From Chloroflexota bacterium (lineage in GTDB: Bacteria; Chloroflexota; Dehalococcoidia; Lucifugimonadales; UBA3495), in the NCBI GenBank assembly GCA_002721995.1, contig PBMF01000019.1, forward strand, positions 6,102 through 70,101: a stretch of DNA of 64,000 nucleotides, in the 5' to 3' direction. Below are positions 28,191 through 37,367 of the stretch, one piece after another. The notes beneath the pieces were generated by a model, which was not told the origin of the DNA, searched no databases, and saw only the letters and a program-made list of their open reading frames with translations. The first letter of the stretch is position 1. The number at the start of each line of letters is the position of its first letter. Both the position numbers and the translations under genes were made by a program.

Positions 28191-28811
28191 TTACTTGGCC
28201 CGCTTCCGTAGTTCCTCGTAGACGGTCTCGGGCTGGACTCCGCTGGCGGCGAGCAGTACCAGTGTGTGGTAGAGCATGTCGGCTATCTCGCCAGGGAGGT
28301 TTTCCTTGTCGGCGATGGCGGCGGCGATGGCGGTCTCTCCGGCCTCTTCCACCACCTTCTGGGCGATGCGGGGCACGCCATCTTTGAACAGGCTGGTTGT
28401 GTAGCTGCCCTCGGGCATGGCCTCCTGCCGGTCTTTGATGACGGCGAAGAGTTCGCCCAGGATGCTGGGGCCGGCCTCGGTATCCTCGTACTCCTCGGGC
28501 AGGCCCTCCAGCTTGTTGAAGAAGCAGGAGACATCGCCGGTGTGGCAGGCCGGGCCGTCGGGGTTGACCTTGAGCAGGATGGTGTCGGCGTCGCAGTCCA
28601 GCCAGGCTTCGGTCAGGTTCAGGTAATTGCCCGACATCTCGCCCTTGTGCCACAGGTCCTCGCGGCTCCGGCTGTAGAACCAGACCTGGGTGCCCTCCAC
28701 GGTGCGCTTCAATGAGCCGGGGTTCATGTAGCCCATCATCAACACCTGGCCGGTGTTGGCGTCCTGGGCGATGGCTGGCAGCAGTCCCTGCTCGTTGAGT
28801 TTAACTTTCAT
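28191..28811 (-). CDS. hisIE: bifunctional phosphoribosyl-AMP cyclohydrolase / phosphoribosyl-ATP diphosphatase
   Basis: HisI motifs (GLLPAIAQD, WFYSRSR, CHTG) fused to a HisE C-terminal half (LGEE..EAGE..DLLYH-like). Confidence 0.9.
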   Translation of the reverse strand: MKVKLNEQGLLPAIAQDANTGQVLMMGYMNPGSLKRTVEGTQVWFYSRSREDLWHKGEMSGNYLNLTEAWLDCDADTILLKVNPDGPACHTGDVSCFFNKLEGLPEEYEDTEAGPSILGELFAVIKDRQEAMPEGSYTTSLFKDGVPRIAQKVVEEAGETAIAAAIADKENLPGEIADMLYHTLVLLAASGVQPETVYEELRKRAK

Positions 28812-28855
28812 GATTCGCCTTCAAACTTCCCCTCAAGTTTCGATGAAATATTTGT

Positions 28856-29563
28856 TTAGGACTTGAGGCCGCCATCCAATAACTGGGGCAGCTCCAAGAG
28901 GCTGGATACTCGGTGGGTGGGCTTCGGTAAGTCCGGGTTAAGCGGCCGGTCGTCCCGGTTGACCCATACCGGATGCATCCCAAGCTGGGAGGGTCCGTAG
29001 ACATCCTCAAGCTGGCGGTCACCCACGTAGGCCGTTTCGTCGGCAGTAACTCCCAATCGCTCCAGCATCATCTGGAACAGTTCGGGCCGGGGTTTGTAGA
29101 TCTGCGCCTGCTCCGAGGAAAGCACGGTTTCAAACCCCACCTGCAGTGCCTTCAAGTTGGGCAGCAAGAATCCATCGTCGGCGTTGGAAAGAATCGCCGT
29201 CCGGTACCGCTTTTGGACTTCGGCCACCGCGTCGTCGGTCTCCGGATAGGGCTCCCGCTGGGACAGGTCCAAGAAGAACTGCTCGGTGGCGGCCTGGGAA
29301 TCGCCGTCCAGTTTCAAGATGCCGAATGAACGCTCATAGCCCCCCTTCCAGGCGGAAAAATAGCTCTGGAAGGGCCGGTCCGGGTCAACCCTGGTCTTGC
29401 CGAACTCCTCGTTGGCCGGCAGCCAGTGCTCCCACAACTCGTCGGCTGTTGTGTCCAGGCCCTGCTGTTTGATGATGGTGGCGAAACTGGACTTGCTGAT
29501 TCCTGAGGGGTTCTGCACCAGGGTCTCGTACATGTCGAAGATTACGGTGGTGATTCGGGGCAT
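28856..29563 (-). CDS. HAD-family hydrolase, haloacid-dehalogenase-like (DxYxT), embedded in the his operon
   Basis: TVIFDMYETLV, ILSNADD and YVGDRQLEDVYG motifs. Sits between hisF and hisIE with 6-44 nt gaps. Confidence 0.75.
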   Translation of the reverse strand: MPRITTVIFDMYETLVQNPSGISKSSFATIIKQQGLDTTADELWEHWLPANEEFGKTRVDPDRPFQSYFSAWKGGYERSFGILKLDGDSQAATEQFFLDLSQREPYPETDDAVAEVQKRYRTAILSNADDGFLLPNLKALQVGFETVLSSEQAQIYKPRPELFQMMLERLGVTADETAYVGDRQLEDVYGPSQLGMHPVWVNRDDRPLNPDLPKPTHRVSSLLELPQLLDGGLKS

Positions 29564-29569
29564 GAGGCG

Positions 29570-30406
29570 TTACCTGCTCTCTTCGACGCCGGTGTAGGCA
29601 GGCCTCACCGGAACGCCCTTGGACTTGAGATATGCCTTGGCCTGGTCAATGGTGAAGGTCCCAAAGTGGAAGATACTGGCCGCCAATACCGCATCGGCCT
29701 TGCCCTCATCCAGGGCCTGGTATAGGTGTTCCAACTCCCCCGCCCCGCCGCTGGCGATGACCGGCACCGGCACGGCCTCGGAGATGGCACGGGTCAGGGC
29801 CAGGTCGTAGCCCGCCAACTGTCCGTCCTCGTCCATGCTGGTCAACAGGATCTCTCCCGCGCCCAGTTCCACTACTCTGACGGCCCATTTCACGGCATCC
29901 AGGCCGGTGGGAGTGCGTCCGCCGTGGGTGTAGACCTGCCAACCGGATGTGGCGTCCATGGCCAGGCTGGCGTCTTCGGGTGTGGGCGTTTCTTCGCCGG
30001 CGACCGCCCGTTTGGCGTCGATGGCCACCACGATGCACTGGTTGCCGAAGGCCGCGGCGCCCTGGGCCACCAGATCAGGTCCGTTCACCGCGGCGGTGTT
30101 GAGGGACACCTTGTCCGCGCCGGCCTTGAGCATGCGGCGCACGTCCTCCACCGAGCGGATGCCGCCGCCCACCGTCAGAGGGATGAAGACCTGCTCCGAG
30201 ACCCGCTGCACCACGTCAACCATGGTGTCTCTGGAGTTGGAACTGGCGGTGATGTCCAAAAAGACCAGCTCGTCGCCGCCCTGTTGGTCGTAGAAAGCGG
30301 CCAGTTCCGCCGGGTCTCCCGCGTCGCGGAGTTCGACGAAACTGACGCCCTTCACCACCCGGCCGCCGTCGACATCCAGGCACGGGATTATACGTTTGGT
30401 CAGCAT
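29570..30406 (-). CDS. hisF: imidazole glycerol phosphate synthase cyclase subunit
   Basis: [19 protein letters not shown] and ASGGAG motifs. Start taken at ATG 30406; the ORF extends to 30487. Confidence 0.92.
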   Translation of the reverse strand: MLTKRIIPCLDVDGGRVVKGVSFVELRDAGDPAELAAFYDQQGGDELVFLDITASSNSRDTMVDVVQRVSEQVFIPLTVGGGIRSVEDVRRMLKAGADKVSLNTAAVNGPDLVAQGAAAFGNQCIVVAIDAKRAVAGEETPTPEDASLAMDATSGWQVYTHGGRTPTGLDAVKWAVRVVELGAGEILLTSMDEDGQLAGYDLALTRAISEAVPVPVIASGGAGELEHLYQALDEGKADAVLAASIFHFGTFTIDQAKAYLKSKGVPVRPAYTGVEESR

Positions 30407-30510
30407 GTTGGGGAATGAATCTCCAGGGTATCGGGGTCGCTGTAGCAGTATAACACCGTGCCTGGGCCGGACTCGGTGTGCCATCATTTGGCGGGAGCCT
30501 GCGGTTGGGC

Positions 30511-30516
30511 TAGAAT
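30511..30516 (+). promoter_or_regulatory. candidate -10 element TAGAAT
   Basis: GGCTAGAATGG lies 28 nt upstream of the ATG at 30544. SD GGAGGGA at 30534-30540. Confidence 0.35.
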
Positions 30517-30543
30517 GGCGCTACTTTTTTCTTGGAGGGAATC

Positions 30544-30945
30544 ATGGCTCTTACATTAGCCGAGGCCAACCGCATGGTGGAGGCCGCCATCGCCAAGGCC
30601 AACGAACTGAATATCAAGATAAATGTTGCCGTGGTGGACGCCGGCGGAAGGCTGGTAGCCTTTAACCGTATGGACGGCGCCATCTGGGGCGGCGCGTACG
30701 GTTCACAGGGCAAGGCAGTCGCCTCCGCCGCATTTGGCCGCACCAGCGGTGAATTACAGGAGCGGGCCACTTCTCCCATCGTCAGCGGGATTCTTGGGGC
30801 CGAGGGCGGCCACGGCATACCCAGCCAGGGCGCTGTGCCCATCCGCCGGGATGGCGTGCTCGAAGGAGCGGTCGGGGTCGGCGGCGGTACCAGCCAGGAA
30901 GACGAGGACTGTGCCGCGGCCGGAGTAGCCACCCTTCAGGGCTAG
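30544..30945 (+). CDS. GlcG/HbpS-like (DUF336) heme-binding protein
   Basis: LTLAEANRMVEAAIAKA..INVAVVDAGGRLVAF.RMDGA and GGAVPI..DG..GAVGVGG signature. Confidence 0.78.
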   Translation: MALTLAEANRMVEAAIAKANELNIKINVAVVDAGGRLVAFNRMDGAIWGGAYGSQGKAVASAAFGRTSGELQERATSPIVSGILGAEGGHGIPSQGAVPIRRDGVLEGAVGVGGGTSQEDEDCAAAGVATLQG

Positions 30946-31682
30946 GGGACCAGCGCCGTCACGGCAACCGGGCCGCCGCTGCCGCCCTCCAACCGGAGCA
31001 GACCTATGACCAGGAGCGCTCCGGAGGGCGGCAGCAGGTCCAGGTTTGTCAGGTTCTCAAGGACTATGGCGTGCCGTTCCAAGGCGTACCGGCTGACGGT
31101 CAGTCCCTTGTCGTTGCCAGGCTCAGCGCCGGCGGTGTCGGTGCCCAGCCCGGCGGCGTTCCGAGATTCCAGCAGCATCCGGGCTGCTTCCAGGCCAAAG
31201 CCTGGGAAGTGCAGTTGTTCTGCTGACTCGCCGCCAAGGTACCGCTTTGGGTCAGCCCACCTGTGTTGCCAGCCGGTGCGGAGCAACGCCAGGCAACCCT
31301 GGGGGATGGGACGGTGGCCCGACTCCCAGTCCAGGACGTCGTTCATGGTCAAAGCGTAGTCGGAGTCTTTTTCTGCTTGGGCCGTCACGTCGATGACGAT
31401 GGCCGGGCGGACCAAATCGGTGGGTGAGAAGGCCCCGTGGCCTGCGCCGCCGGGTATGAGGCTGGAAGGTGCGCTCAGATGGGTGCCCGAATGCTCGCCC
31501 ATGGCGAAGCGGCGCAGGAAGTAGCCGTCGCTTTCCTGTTGGGCCACTGTCTCAAATTGAACGTCTGGGTCGCCGGGCCACCGGGGAATCTCCTGGCTGA
31601 CCGGCCAACTCAGGTCGATTACCCTGGAATAAGAGATGGACCCGCCAAAGACGGGTCCATCATTTTGTGGTTGGGTCGCCAT
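30942..31682 (-). CDS. cyclase-family protein (kynurenine-formamidase-like fold)
   Basis: GEHSGTHLSAP, a degenerate HxGTHxDxPxH motif. Family-typical length of about 245 aa. Confidence 0.6.
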   Translation of the reverse strand: MATQPQNDGPVFGGSISYSRVIDLSWPVSQEIPRWPGDPDVQFETVAQQESDGYFLRRFAMGEHSGTHLSAPSSLIPGGAGHGAFSPTDLVRPAIVIDVTAQAEKDSDYALTMNDVLDWESGHRPIPQGCLALLRTGWQHRWADPKRYLGGESAEQLHFPGFGLEAARMLLESRNAAGLGTDTAGAEPGNDKGLTVSRYALERHAIVLENLTNLDLLPPSGALLVIGLLRLEGGSGGPVAVTALVP

Positions 31683-31784
31683 GCACTAATCCCCCGCTAT
31701 CAAGCCCCGTACAGGCAGAGCCCGTACAGACATCCGCACATTCTCCCGCCAAAGGGACCAGGTGACAACCCGGAATTTGCTTGT

Positions 31785-31997
31785 TTAGATGCGGGCCGGT
31801 TCGCGGGCCGGCGAGTGGACGGTCCTGCTTGCTTGCAGGATGGCCGTCCGCTTCACGTCGTTGTCGATCCACTCCATGGCCTCGCGGCTAGTGCCCCGCG
31901 CGGTCAGCTCCGGCCGTTCCGGGCGCGTGCCGTGGACCGAATAGCTGATGGCAGGAATCTCCTCGTTGATGACATAGCCCCGGTAGAAAATCCTCAT
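31785..31997 (-). CDS. hypothetical small protein
   Basis: 70-codon ORF (MRIFYRGYVINEE...) preceded by a strong SD GGAGGAGG. No family recognised. Confidence 0.45.
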   Translation of the reverse strand: MRIFYRGYVINEEIPAISYSVHGTRPERPELTARGTSREAMEWIDNDVKRTAILQASRTVHSPAREPARI

Positions 31998-32133
31998 GAT
32001 TGCCGCCCTCCTCCGATATTCCGCGGTCGTCCAGACCATTACAGGCCGCTGCGGGACGCCGCATATCCGGTGCAGGACGTATGTTCTAACTTTCCACCGG
32101 AAGGGTCAACGGGGAAATGTCATAGCCGGCTTT

Positions 32134-32853
32134 TCAGCAGTCACCAACCGATGCGGTGCCCAACACCACGTGGGGCGGGACGGGTTGGGCCAATACCCCT
32201 CCCGAAGATGGGCGGTCGTTTTGGCCGGGGAAGCTACGGCCAAGTCCGCCGGACACCGTGGTCAAGTCCATCTCCGTGGCGCCGCCCTGGACCCAGGTCA
32301 CGCTCTGCTTGGCATCAGTGCTGCCGATCTTGAAGGTGATGGTCTGACCGCTGAAGGAAGAACCCGAACCCTAGGTTACGAACAGGGTGTACTCCCCCGA
32401 GGCCACCGTCGTTGTGGCGGCCTGCGAACCGTTCACCCAGGCTGATACTTCTGTCCCGTCCGCAGCCAACCGGCAGGCTACGGCCAGGGTGGGGAAGGGT
32501 GTGGCGGACGGTGTCGGCAGGGGGATGCCGGTGGGCGTCGGCAGGCGTGAGCCGCTCTTGGTGGGTGTGGAGACGGTGATGAATGGCGAGGAGCTCTGGG
32601 TCGGAGTCGGGGAGGGTACTGCCGTGGCATTGAGCAACGCCTGGACCGTGGACTGCACCCGGGCGGTTATGGTCGCTTCGGTGTCGGGCGCCTCTGTAGC
32701 CTCCGGCGCCGGCTGGGTGGCGGACTGGTTCTCGGCGATCAGGGCTTGGACCGTGGCCGCCAGGTCGGGAGGGGGCGTGCCAGTGAGGGTCAACTCACCG
32801 CAGCCCAATACCAACAACAAGATGGGGACCAATAAAAAGCCCAGACCTTTCAT
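32134..32853 (-). CDS. secreted lipoprotein with a Thr/Pro-rich linker and a beta-sandwich-like C-terminal domain, interrupted by in-frame TAG (32371-32373)
   Basis: Signal peptide plus lipobox (LLLVLGC). ORF 32371..32853 ends ...ASGEYTLFVT*. The same frame continues GSGSSFSGQTITFKIGSTDAKQSVTWVQGGATEMDLT... for 78 codons to a TGA at 32134. Confidence 0.6.
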
Positions 32854-32908
32854 CCACGTCCTCCCAACAACACATTTGAACGGCCTCGCCCAACGGGCCG
32901 CGGTCTGT

Positions 32909-34168
32909 TCAGCTTGCGGCCCTGGCGACCTCTTCGATGAATTCGTCCAGGGATCTCGCCTCTTCTTGCGACGACTCCATGTCCCGCACCATGACCTCGC
33001 CCTTGGCGATCTCGTCCTCGCCCAGGATCAACACGTAGGGTATGGAAAGGGCGTTGGCCTGGCGCATCTGGCCTCTGAGCCCACGGGACCCGCTGCCAAG
33101 GATGGCCCCGACACCTGCCCGGCGGAGGCGCACCGACAGTTCAAGGGCGGCGACGCGGGCATTGGCTCCCGCATTGATGATCAGGTACTTGGGTGACGGC
33201 TCGTCGGGCACCGGCACCTCGCTGCGTTTCAGGTTCAGGGTCAGCCGCTCCAGGCCGGTGGCGAACCCTATGCCTGGAATGTCCCGGTCGCCTAGTTGGC
33301 TGATCAGGCCATCATACCTGCCGCCCCCGCAGATCGTGGACTGGCCGCCGCCGTCTTCGGGTTGCACCTCAAAGACCGTGCGGGTGTAGTAGTCCAGACC
33401 ACGCACCAGCCGGTGGTCGATCTGGTAGGGCAGTCCCATGCTGTCCAGATAGGTGAGCAGCTTTTCCCAATGCTCCTGGCAGGCCTCGCAGAGGTGTTCC
33501 GCCGATTTGGGAGCGTCATTGCCCAGGGCGTGGCAGGTCTCCACCTTGCAGTCCAAAAGGCGCAGGGGGTTGCGCTCCAACCGGCCCTTGCAGTCCTGAC
33601 ACAGGTTGGCGGAGTGGCCCGAGTAGTAATCGCGAAGTTTGGAGACGTAGGCCGGGCGGCATTCGGCGTCGCCGATGCTGTTGATCAGCAGGTTGATGTC
33701 GGTGAGGCCCATGCTGGTCATGAGGTCCCAGGCAACGTCGATCACCTCGGCGTCCACGGAGGGGTCGGCGTCGCCCAGCACTTCCACGCCGAACTGGTGG
33801 TGCTGGCGGAAGCGTCCCGCCTGGGGGCGCTCGTAACGGAACACGGGGCAGAAGTAATACATGCGCACCGGCTGGGGCAGGTTGTGCATGCCGTGTTCCA
33901 GGTAGGCCCGGCAGACGGGCGCGGTGCCCTCGGGACGCAGGGTGACGCTGTCGCCGCCCCGGTCTTCGAAGGTGTACATCTCCTTTTCCACGATGTCCGT
34001 CCCTTCGCCCACTGACCGGACGAAGAGATTGGAGTCCTCAAATGTGGGTGTGTCGATGCGGCCAAAGCCGAACCGGGCGGCTACATCCAGCGCCTTGGAC
34101 TCGATATACCGCCAGTATTTTTGTTCTTCGGGAAGGTGGTCCGCGGTGCCCCGGGGCGCTTGAAACAA
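32909..34168 (-). CDS. hisS: histidine--tRNA ligase
   Basis: Class II motifs: YFCPVFRYERPQAGRFRQHHQFGVE and GGGRYDGL. TTG start. Confidence 0.92.
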   Translation of the reverse strand: MFQAPRGTADHLPEEQKYWRYIESKALDVAARFGFGRIDTPTFEDSNLFVRSVGEGTDIVEKEMYTFEDRGGDSVTLRPEGTAPVCRAYLEHGMHNLPQPVRMYYFCPVFRYERPQAGRFRQHHQFGVEVLGDADPSVDAEVIDVAWDLMTSMGLTDINLLINSIGDAECRPAYVSKLRDYYSGHSANLCQDCKGRLERNPLRLLDCKVETCHALGNDAPKSAEHLCEACQEHWEKLLTYLDSMGLPYQIDHRLVRGLDYYTRTVFEVQPEDGGGQSTICGGGRYDGLISQLGDRDIPGIGFATGLERLTLNLKRSEVPVPDEPSPKYLIINAGANARVAALELSVRLRRAGVGAILGSGSRGLRGQMRQANALSIPYVLILGEDEIAKGEVMVRDMESSQEEARSLDEFIEEVARAAS

Positions 34169-34206
34169 GGTTAGAAATTTCTCCGAAATCGATTACTCAA
34201 GGGCAT

Positions 34207-34212
34207 ATTATA
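34207..34212 (-). promoter_or_regulatory. candidate -10 element TATAAT for hisS
   Basis: Minus strand reads CAGCCTATAATATGCC, about 39 nt upstream of the hisS start. Confidence 0.35.
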
Positions 34213-34269
34213 GGCTGATATCGTCCCGTATGGAATCGCGCGGCCCCAGCAGATGGGCAAAGAATGGGG

Positions 34270-35190
34270 CTAGTCCTCGGACGGAACGCCGTCTTTGTGG
34301 GGGAGCAGCACCGAATATAGGAAACTGTGGACCGGAGTCGGCACCCCGAACTGCTTGCCCAGCCTGACGACGGCACCGGAGAGGGCGTCCAGTTCTGTGG
34401 GTTGGCTGGCCTCGTAGTCGGCGTGCATCGAAATCTGGAATTCCGGAAGGGATTCAATCCATTTCAAAGACTGTTGGGTCAGGTCTTCGGAGAGTTCGAT
34501 CCCCTTGGCGAGTCCCACGGCAAGAGCCTCGTCCATCGCGTCGCAGAACATCTTGCGGGCGTCGGGGAACTGGAGCAGTTCCTTGGCCTTGGTTTGCGCG
34601 GCGCTGGTGACCCCTGCCAGGGAGCTCAACACCACGAATTTTTCCCAGAGCACCTTCATGGGGTCGGGGGAAATCTCGGTCTCGATGCCGGCGTCCCGGA
34701 ACGCTTTGCGAAATTCCAAGGCGCGGAGATTCTCGGTGTCCTGTACCTCGCCGAAGGAGATCCTGGCCGGCACATCTTCGACGATCATCCCCGGTTCGCT
34801 GATGTGGGCCGATGCCCAAAATGACCCGGGAAGAATATTGCCCGAGCCCAGAACGGCCCCCAGATGTTCGTAGCTCTCCACGCCGTTCTGCAGGGTGATG
34901 ACCGCAGTGTCAGGCCCCACCAAGGGCTTCAACGCCGTGATCACGTGCCGGTTGTGAAAGGTCTTGACCGTGAAGAGGACCAGGTCCACCGGGCCGACCT
35001 CGGCCGGGTCGTCGGTGGCGTTGACCTGGACCACGAATTCTCTGTCCGGGCGGACCAGCTGCAGGCCGTTCTCCTTGATGGCTTCCAGGTGGGGGCCCCG
35101 GGCGATGAGGGACACGTCATTGCCCGCCTTGGCCAGCAGACCGCCAAGACAGCCGCCGACACCGCCCGCTCCCATGACTGCTATGCGCAT
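34270..35190 (-). CDS. 2-dehydropantoate 2-reductase family oxidoreductase (paralog 2)
   Basis: MRIAVMGAGGVGG Rossmann motif. ApbA/PanE N- and C-terminal domains. Confidence 0.8.
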   Translation of the reverse strand: MRIAVMGAGGVGGCLGGLLAKAGNDVSLIARGPHLEAIKENGLQLVRPDREFVVQVNATDDPAEVGPVDLVLFTVKTFHNRHVITALKPLVGPDTAVITLQNGVESYEHLGAVLGSGNILPGSFWASAHISEPGMIVEDVPARISFGEVQDTENLRALEFRKAFRDAGIETEISPDPMKVLWEKFVVLSSLAGVTSAAQTKAKELLQFPDARKMFCDAMDEALAVGLAKGIELSEDLTQQSLKWIESLPEFQISMHADYEASQPTELDALSGAVVRLGKQFGVPTPVHSFLYSVLLPHKDGVPSED

Positions 35191-36113
35191 GGGGCCTCCG
35201 GAGGCCCGGATATATGGGGCAGGAGCATGGTGTTTACCAGGTCGTGGATGGGTGTCGGCACGCCCAGGTTGCGGCCGATGCGTCCCACACAGCCGACGAT
35301 GGCCTCCAACTCCAGGGGCTTGCCGTCTGCCAGGTCGATCTGCATGGAACCACGGGCGCCCAATGGCCGGTTGGCGATGAGACTGATTGCGGTCTGAACG
35401 TCATCGTCTCCGATATCCACGCCACTGGCATTGGCCACCGCCGCCACCTCGGCTATCGCCATTTTGAACAGCTCGGCCCCTTGGGGCATGTCCATGAGGT
35501 CCCTGGGCGCGATCCGCGCCACCGAGGCCAGTCCGTTGGCCGGGGTGTTGTACAGCACCTTGGACCAGAGGACCTTGTCCACGTCGTCGGACAGCTCCGT
35601 CGTGATGCCACCCTTGGTCAGCGTTTCCTGGACCGCCTCGGCCCTGGGTGTGCGGGGGCCGGCGGACTCGCCGAATGCGATGCGGGCGGGGAAGGTCCCC
35701 TGTCTCACCACACCGGGGGATATGATGTTGCCAATCATGTAGGCCGCTCCGGGCAGCACGTGATCGGCGCCAATCACATCGGCGATTTCGCCCGCGCTCT
35801 CAACCCCGTTCTGCAGTGTGAGCACCAGGCTGTCATCCCCGATGAGGGGTTTTAGCAGTGGGATGGCTTCTTGGTTCTGGTAGGTCTTCACGGTGAAGAG
35901 CACCAGGTCCACCGGGCCCACTTGGGACGGGTCATCGGTGGCTGGGACATTTACCTTGAAACTGTCCTCCCGCTGCATCACTTCCAGGCCGTTTTGCTGG
36001 ATGGCTTGCAGGTGTGCTCCCCTGGCAATGAGCGTCACATCGGACCCCGCTTGGGCGAGCATCCCGCCGTAGCAGCTTCCGATCCCCCCGGAGCCCATCA
36101 CCGCGATACGCAA
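35181..36113 (-). CDS. 2-dehydropantoate 2-reductase family oxidoreductase (paralog 1)
   Basis: MRIAVMGSGGIGS motif. Tandem paralog of the downstream gene, overlapping it by 10 nt. Confidence 0.8.
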   Translation of the reverse strand: MRIAVMGSGGIGSCYGGMLAQAGSDVTLIARGAHLQAIQQNGLEVMQREDSFKVNVPATDDPSQVGPVDLVLFTVKTYQNQEAIPLLKPLIGDDSLVLTLQNGVESAGEIADVIGADHVLPGAAYMIGNIISPGVVRQGTFPARIAFGESAGPRTPRAEAVQETLTKGGITTELSDDVDKVLWSKVLYNTPANGLASVARIAPRDLMDMPQGAELFKMAIAEVAAVANASGVDIGDDDVQTAISLIANRPLGARGSMQIDLADGKPLELEAIVGCVGRIGRNLGVPTPIHDLVNTMLLPHISGPPEAPCA

Positions 36114-36114
36114 A

Positions 36115-37353
36115 CTAGACCACTCCGTCCGTGCGCATCTGTTCCAGCTCCTCGGGGCTGACCCCTCCGATGGAGCAGAGTATGTCCTCGTTGTTCTCTC
36201 CCAGAAGGGGCGGTTGGTTGTTGGGGGTCTCGGCGCCGCCGGCGAATTTGATGGGTGTGTTCACCGTGCGGAAGATGCCGCCCATGTCGTTGCCCCCGTT
36301 GATGAACATGCCCCGGGCTTCCAGGTGGGGGCACTGGTCCAGGTCTTCCTGGTCCTGCACCATGCCCATGGAATAATCGATCTCTATCAGCGCGCTGGTC
36401 ACCTCGGCCTTGGTGCGCTGCATGGTCCAGGCTTCCAGGGCGGGGACGAAGTTGCTCATGTAGAACTCGCCGCTGACCCCGACTCCCAGATAGCGGTCGT
36501 CATCGCAGAGGTCCTCCCGGTCCATGAGCCGCCACAGGTCCTTCCACTTCTCTGGCCCGCCGGCGCCGGCCAGCACCACCCAGCCGTCCTTGGCCCGCAG
36601 GGGCAGTTGGGCGCTGAGCATGTTCTCCCTCTCCCGGCCCGATGTCTGCCCGGTGGCCTGGTAGAAGGGCATGGTGCTTGTCATGTGGGCGGCCATGCAG
36701 TCGTACATGGCCATGTCTATGAAGGCCCCCTCGCCGGTGCGGTGGCGGGCTTCCAGGGCCATCATTATTCCCAGAGCCGTCCAGACTCCGGGCACCGAAT
36801 CGCCTATGTTGTCGCCCACCATCTGCGGGCCGCCGCCGGGTTCGCCGGTGACGGTCATCCAGCCGCCCATACCCTGGACACAGGGGTTGTTGGCCGGCCA
36901 GTGGGAGTAGGGTCCAGGCGCGGGGCCGTCGGGGTCACCGTAGCCCGTGAGGCTGGTGTAGATGATCCGTGGGTTCAGTTCCTTTAGAACGTCGTAGCTG
37001 TAACCCAGACGCCGCAGCGCCCCCGGCCCCCAGTTGTCCAATAGTATGTCCGACTCTTTGACCAACTTCTCGAAGGCCGCCTTGCAGCGGTCGTCGCGGA
37101 GGTCCAGGGAGACGCTCTTCTTGTTGCGGTTCAGACCCAGGTAGCGGGCGCTCACCCGCTGTCCGTCCGGCCCGTCGATGAAGGGGCCGTTGCCCCGACC
37201 TCGTTCACCGACGCCGGGCCGCTCGATCTTGATGACCTCGGCCCCCATGTCGGCCAGGATCATGGAGCAAAAGGGCCCCGCCACGATGTGGGTCACGTCC
37301 ACGACCCTGATACCCTCCAGGGGCAGCGAGGGTCTGTTCTGTCCGGTGGTCAT
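36115..37353 (-). CDS. family III CoA-transferase (CaiB/BaiF type)
   Basis: LEGIRVVDVTHIVAGPFCSMILADMGAEVIKIE N-terminal signature; about 410 aa. Confidence 0.85.
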   Translation of the reverse strand: MTTGQNRPSLPLEGIRVVDVTHIVAGPFCSMILADMGAEVIKIERPGVGERGRGNGPFIDGPDGQRVSARYLGLNRNKKSVSLDLRDDRCKAAFEKLVKESDILLDNWGPGALRRLGYSYDVLKELNPRIIYTSLTGYGDPDGPAPGPYSHWPANNPCVQGMGGWMTVTGEPGGGPQMVGDNIGDSVPGVWTALGIMMALEARHRTGEGAFIDMAMYDCMAAHMTSTMPFYQATGQTSGRERENMLSAQLPLRAKDGWVVLAGAGGPEKWKDLWRLMDREDLCDDDRYLGVGVSGEFYMSNFVPALEAWTMQRTKAEVTSALIEIDYSMGMVQDQEDLDQCPHLEARGMFINGGNDMGGIFRTVNTPIKFAGGAETPNNQPPLLGENNEDILCSIGGVSPEELEQMRTDGVV

Positions 37354-37367
37354 GTTCAGCTTCCTGC

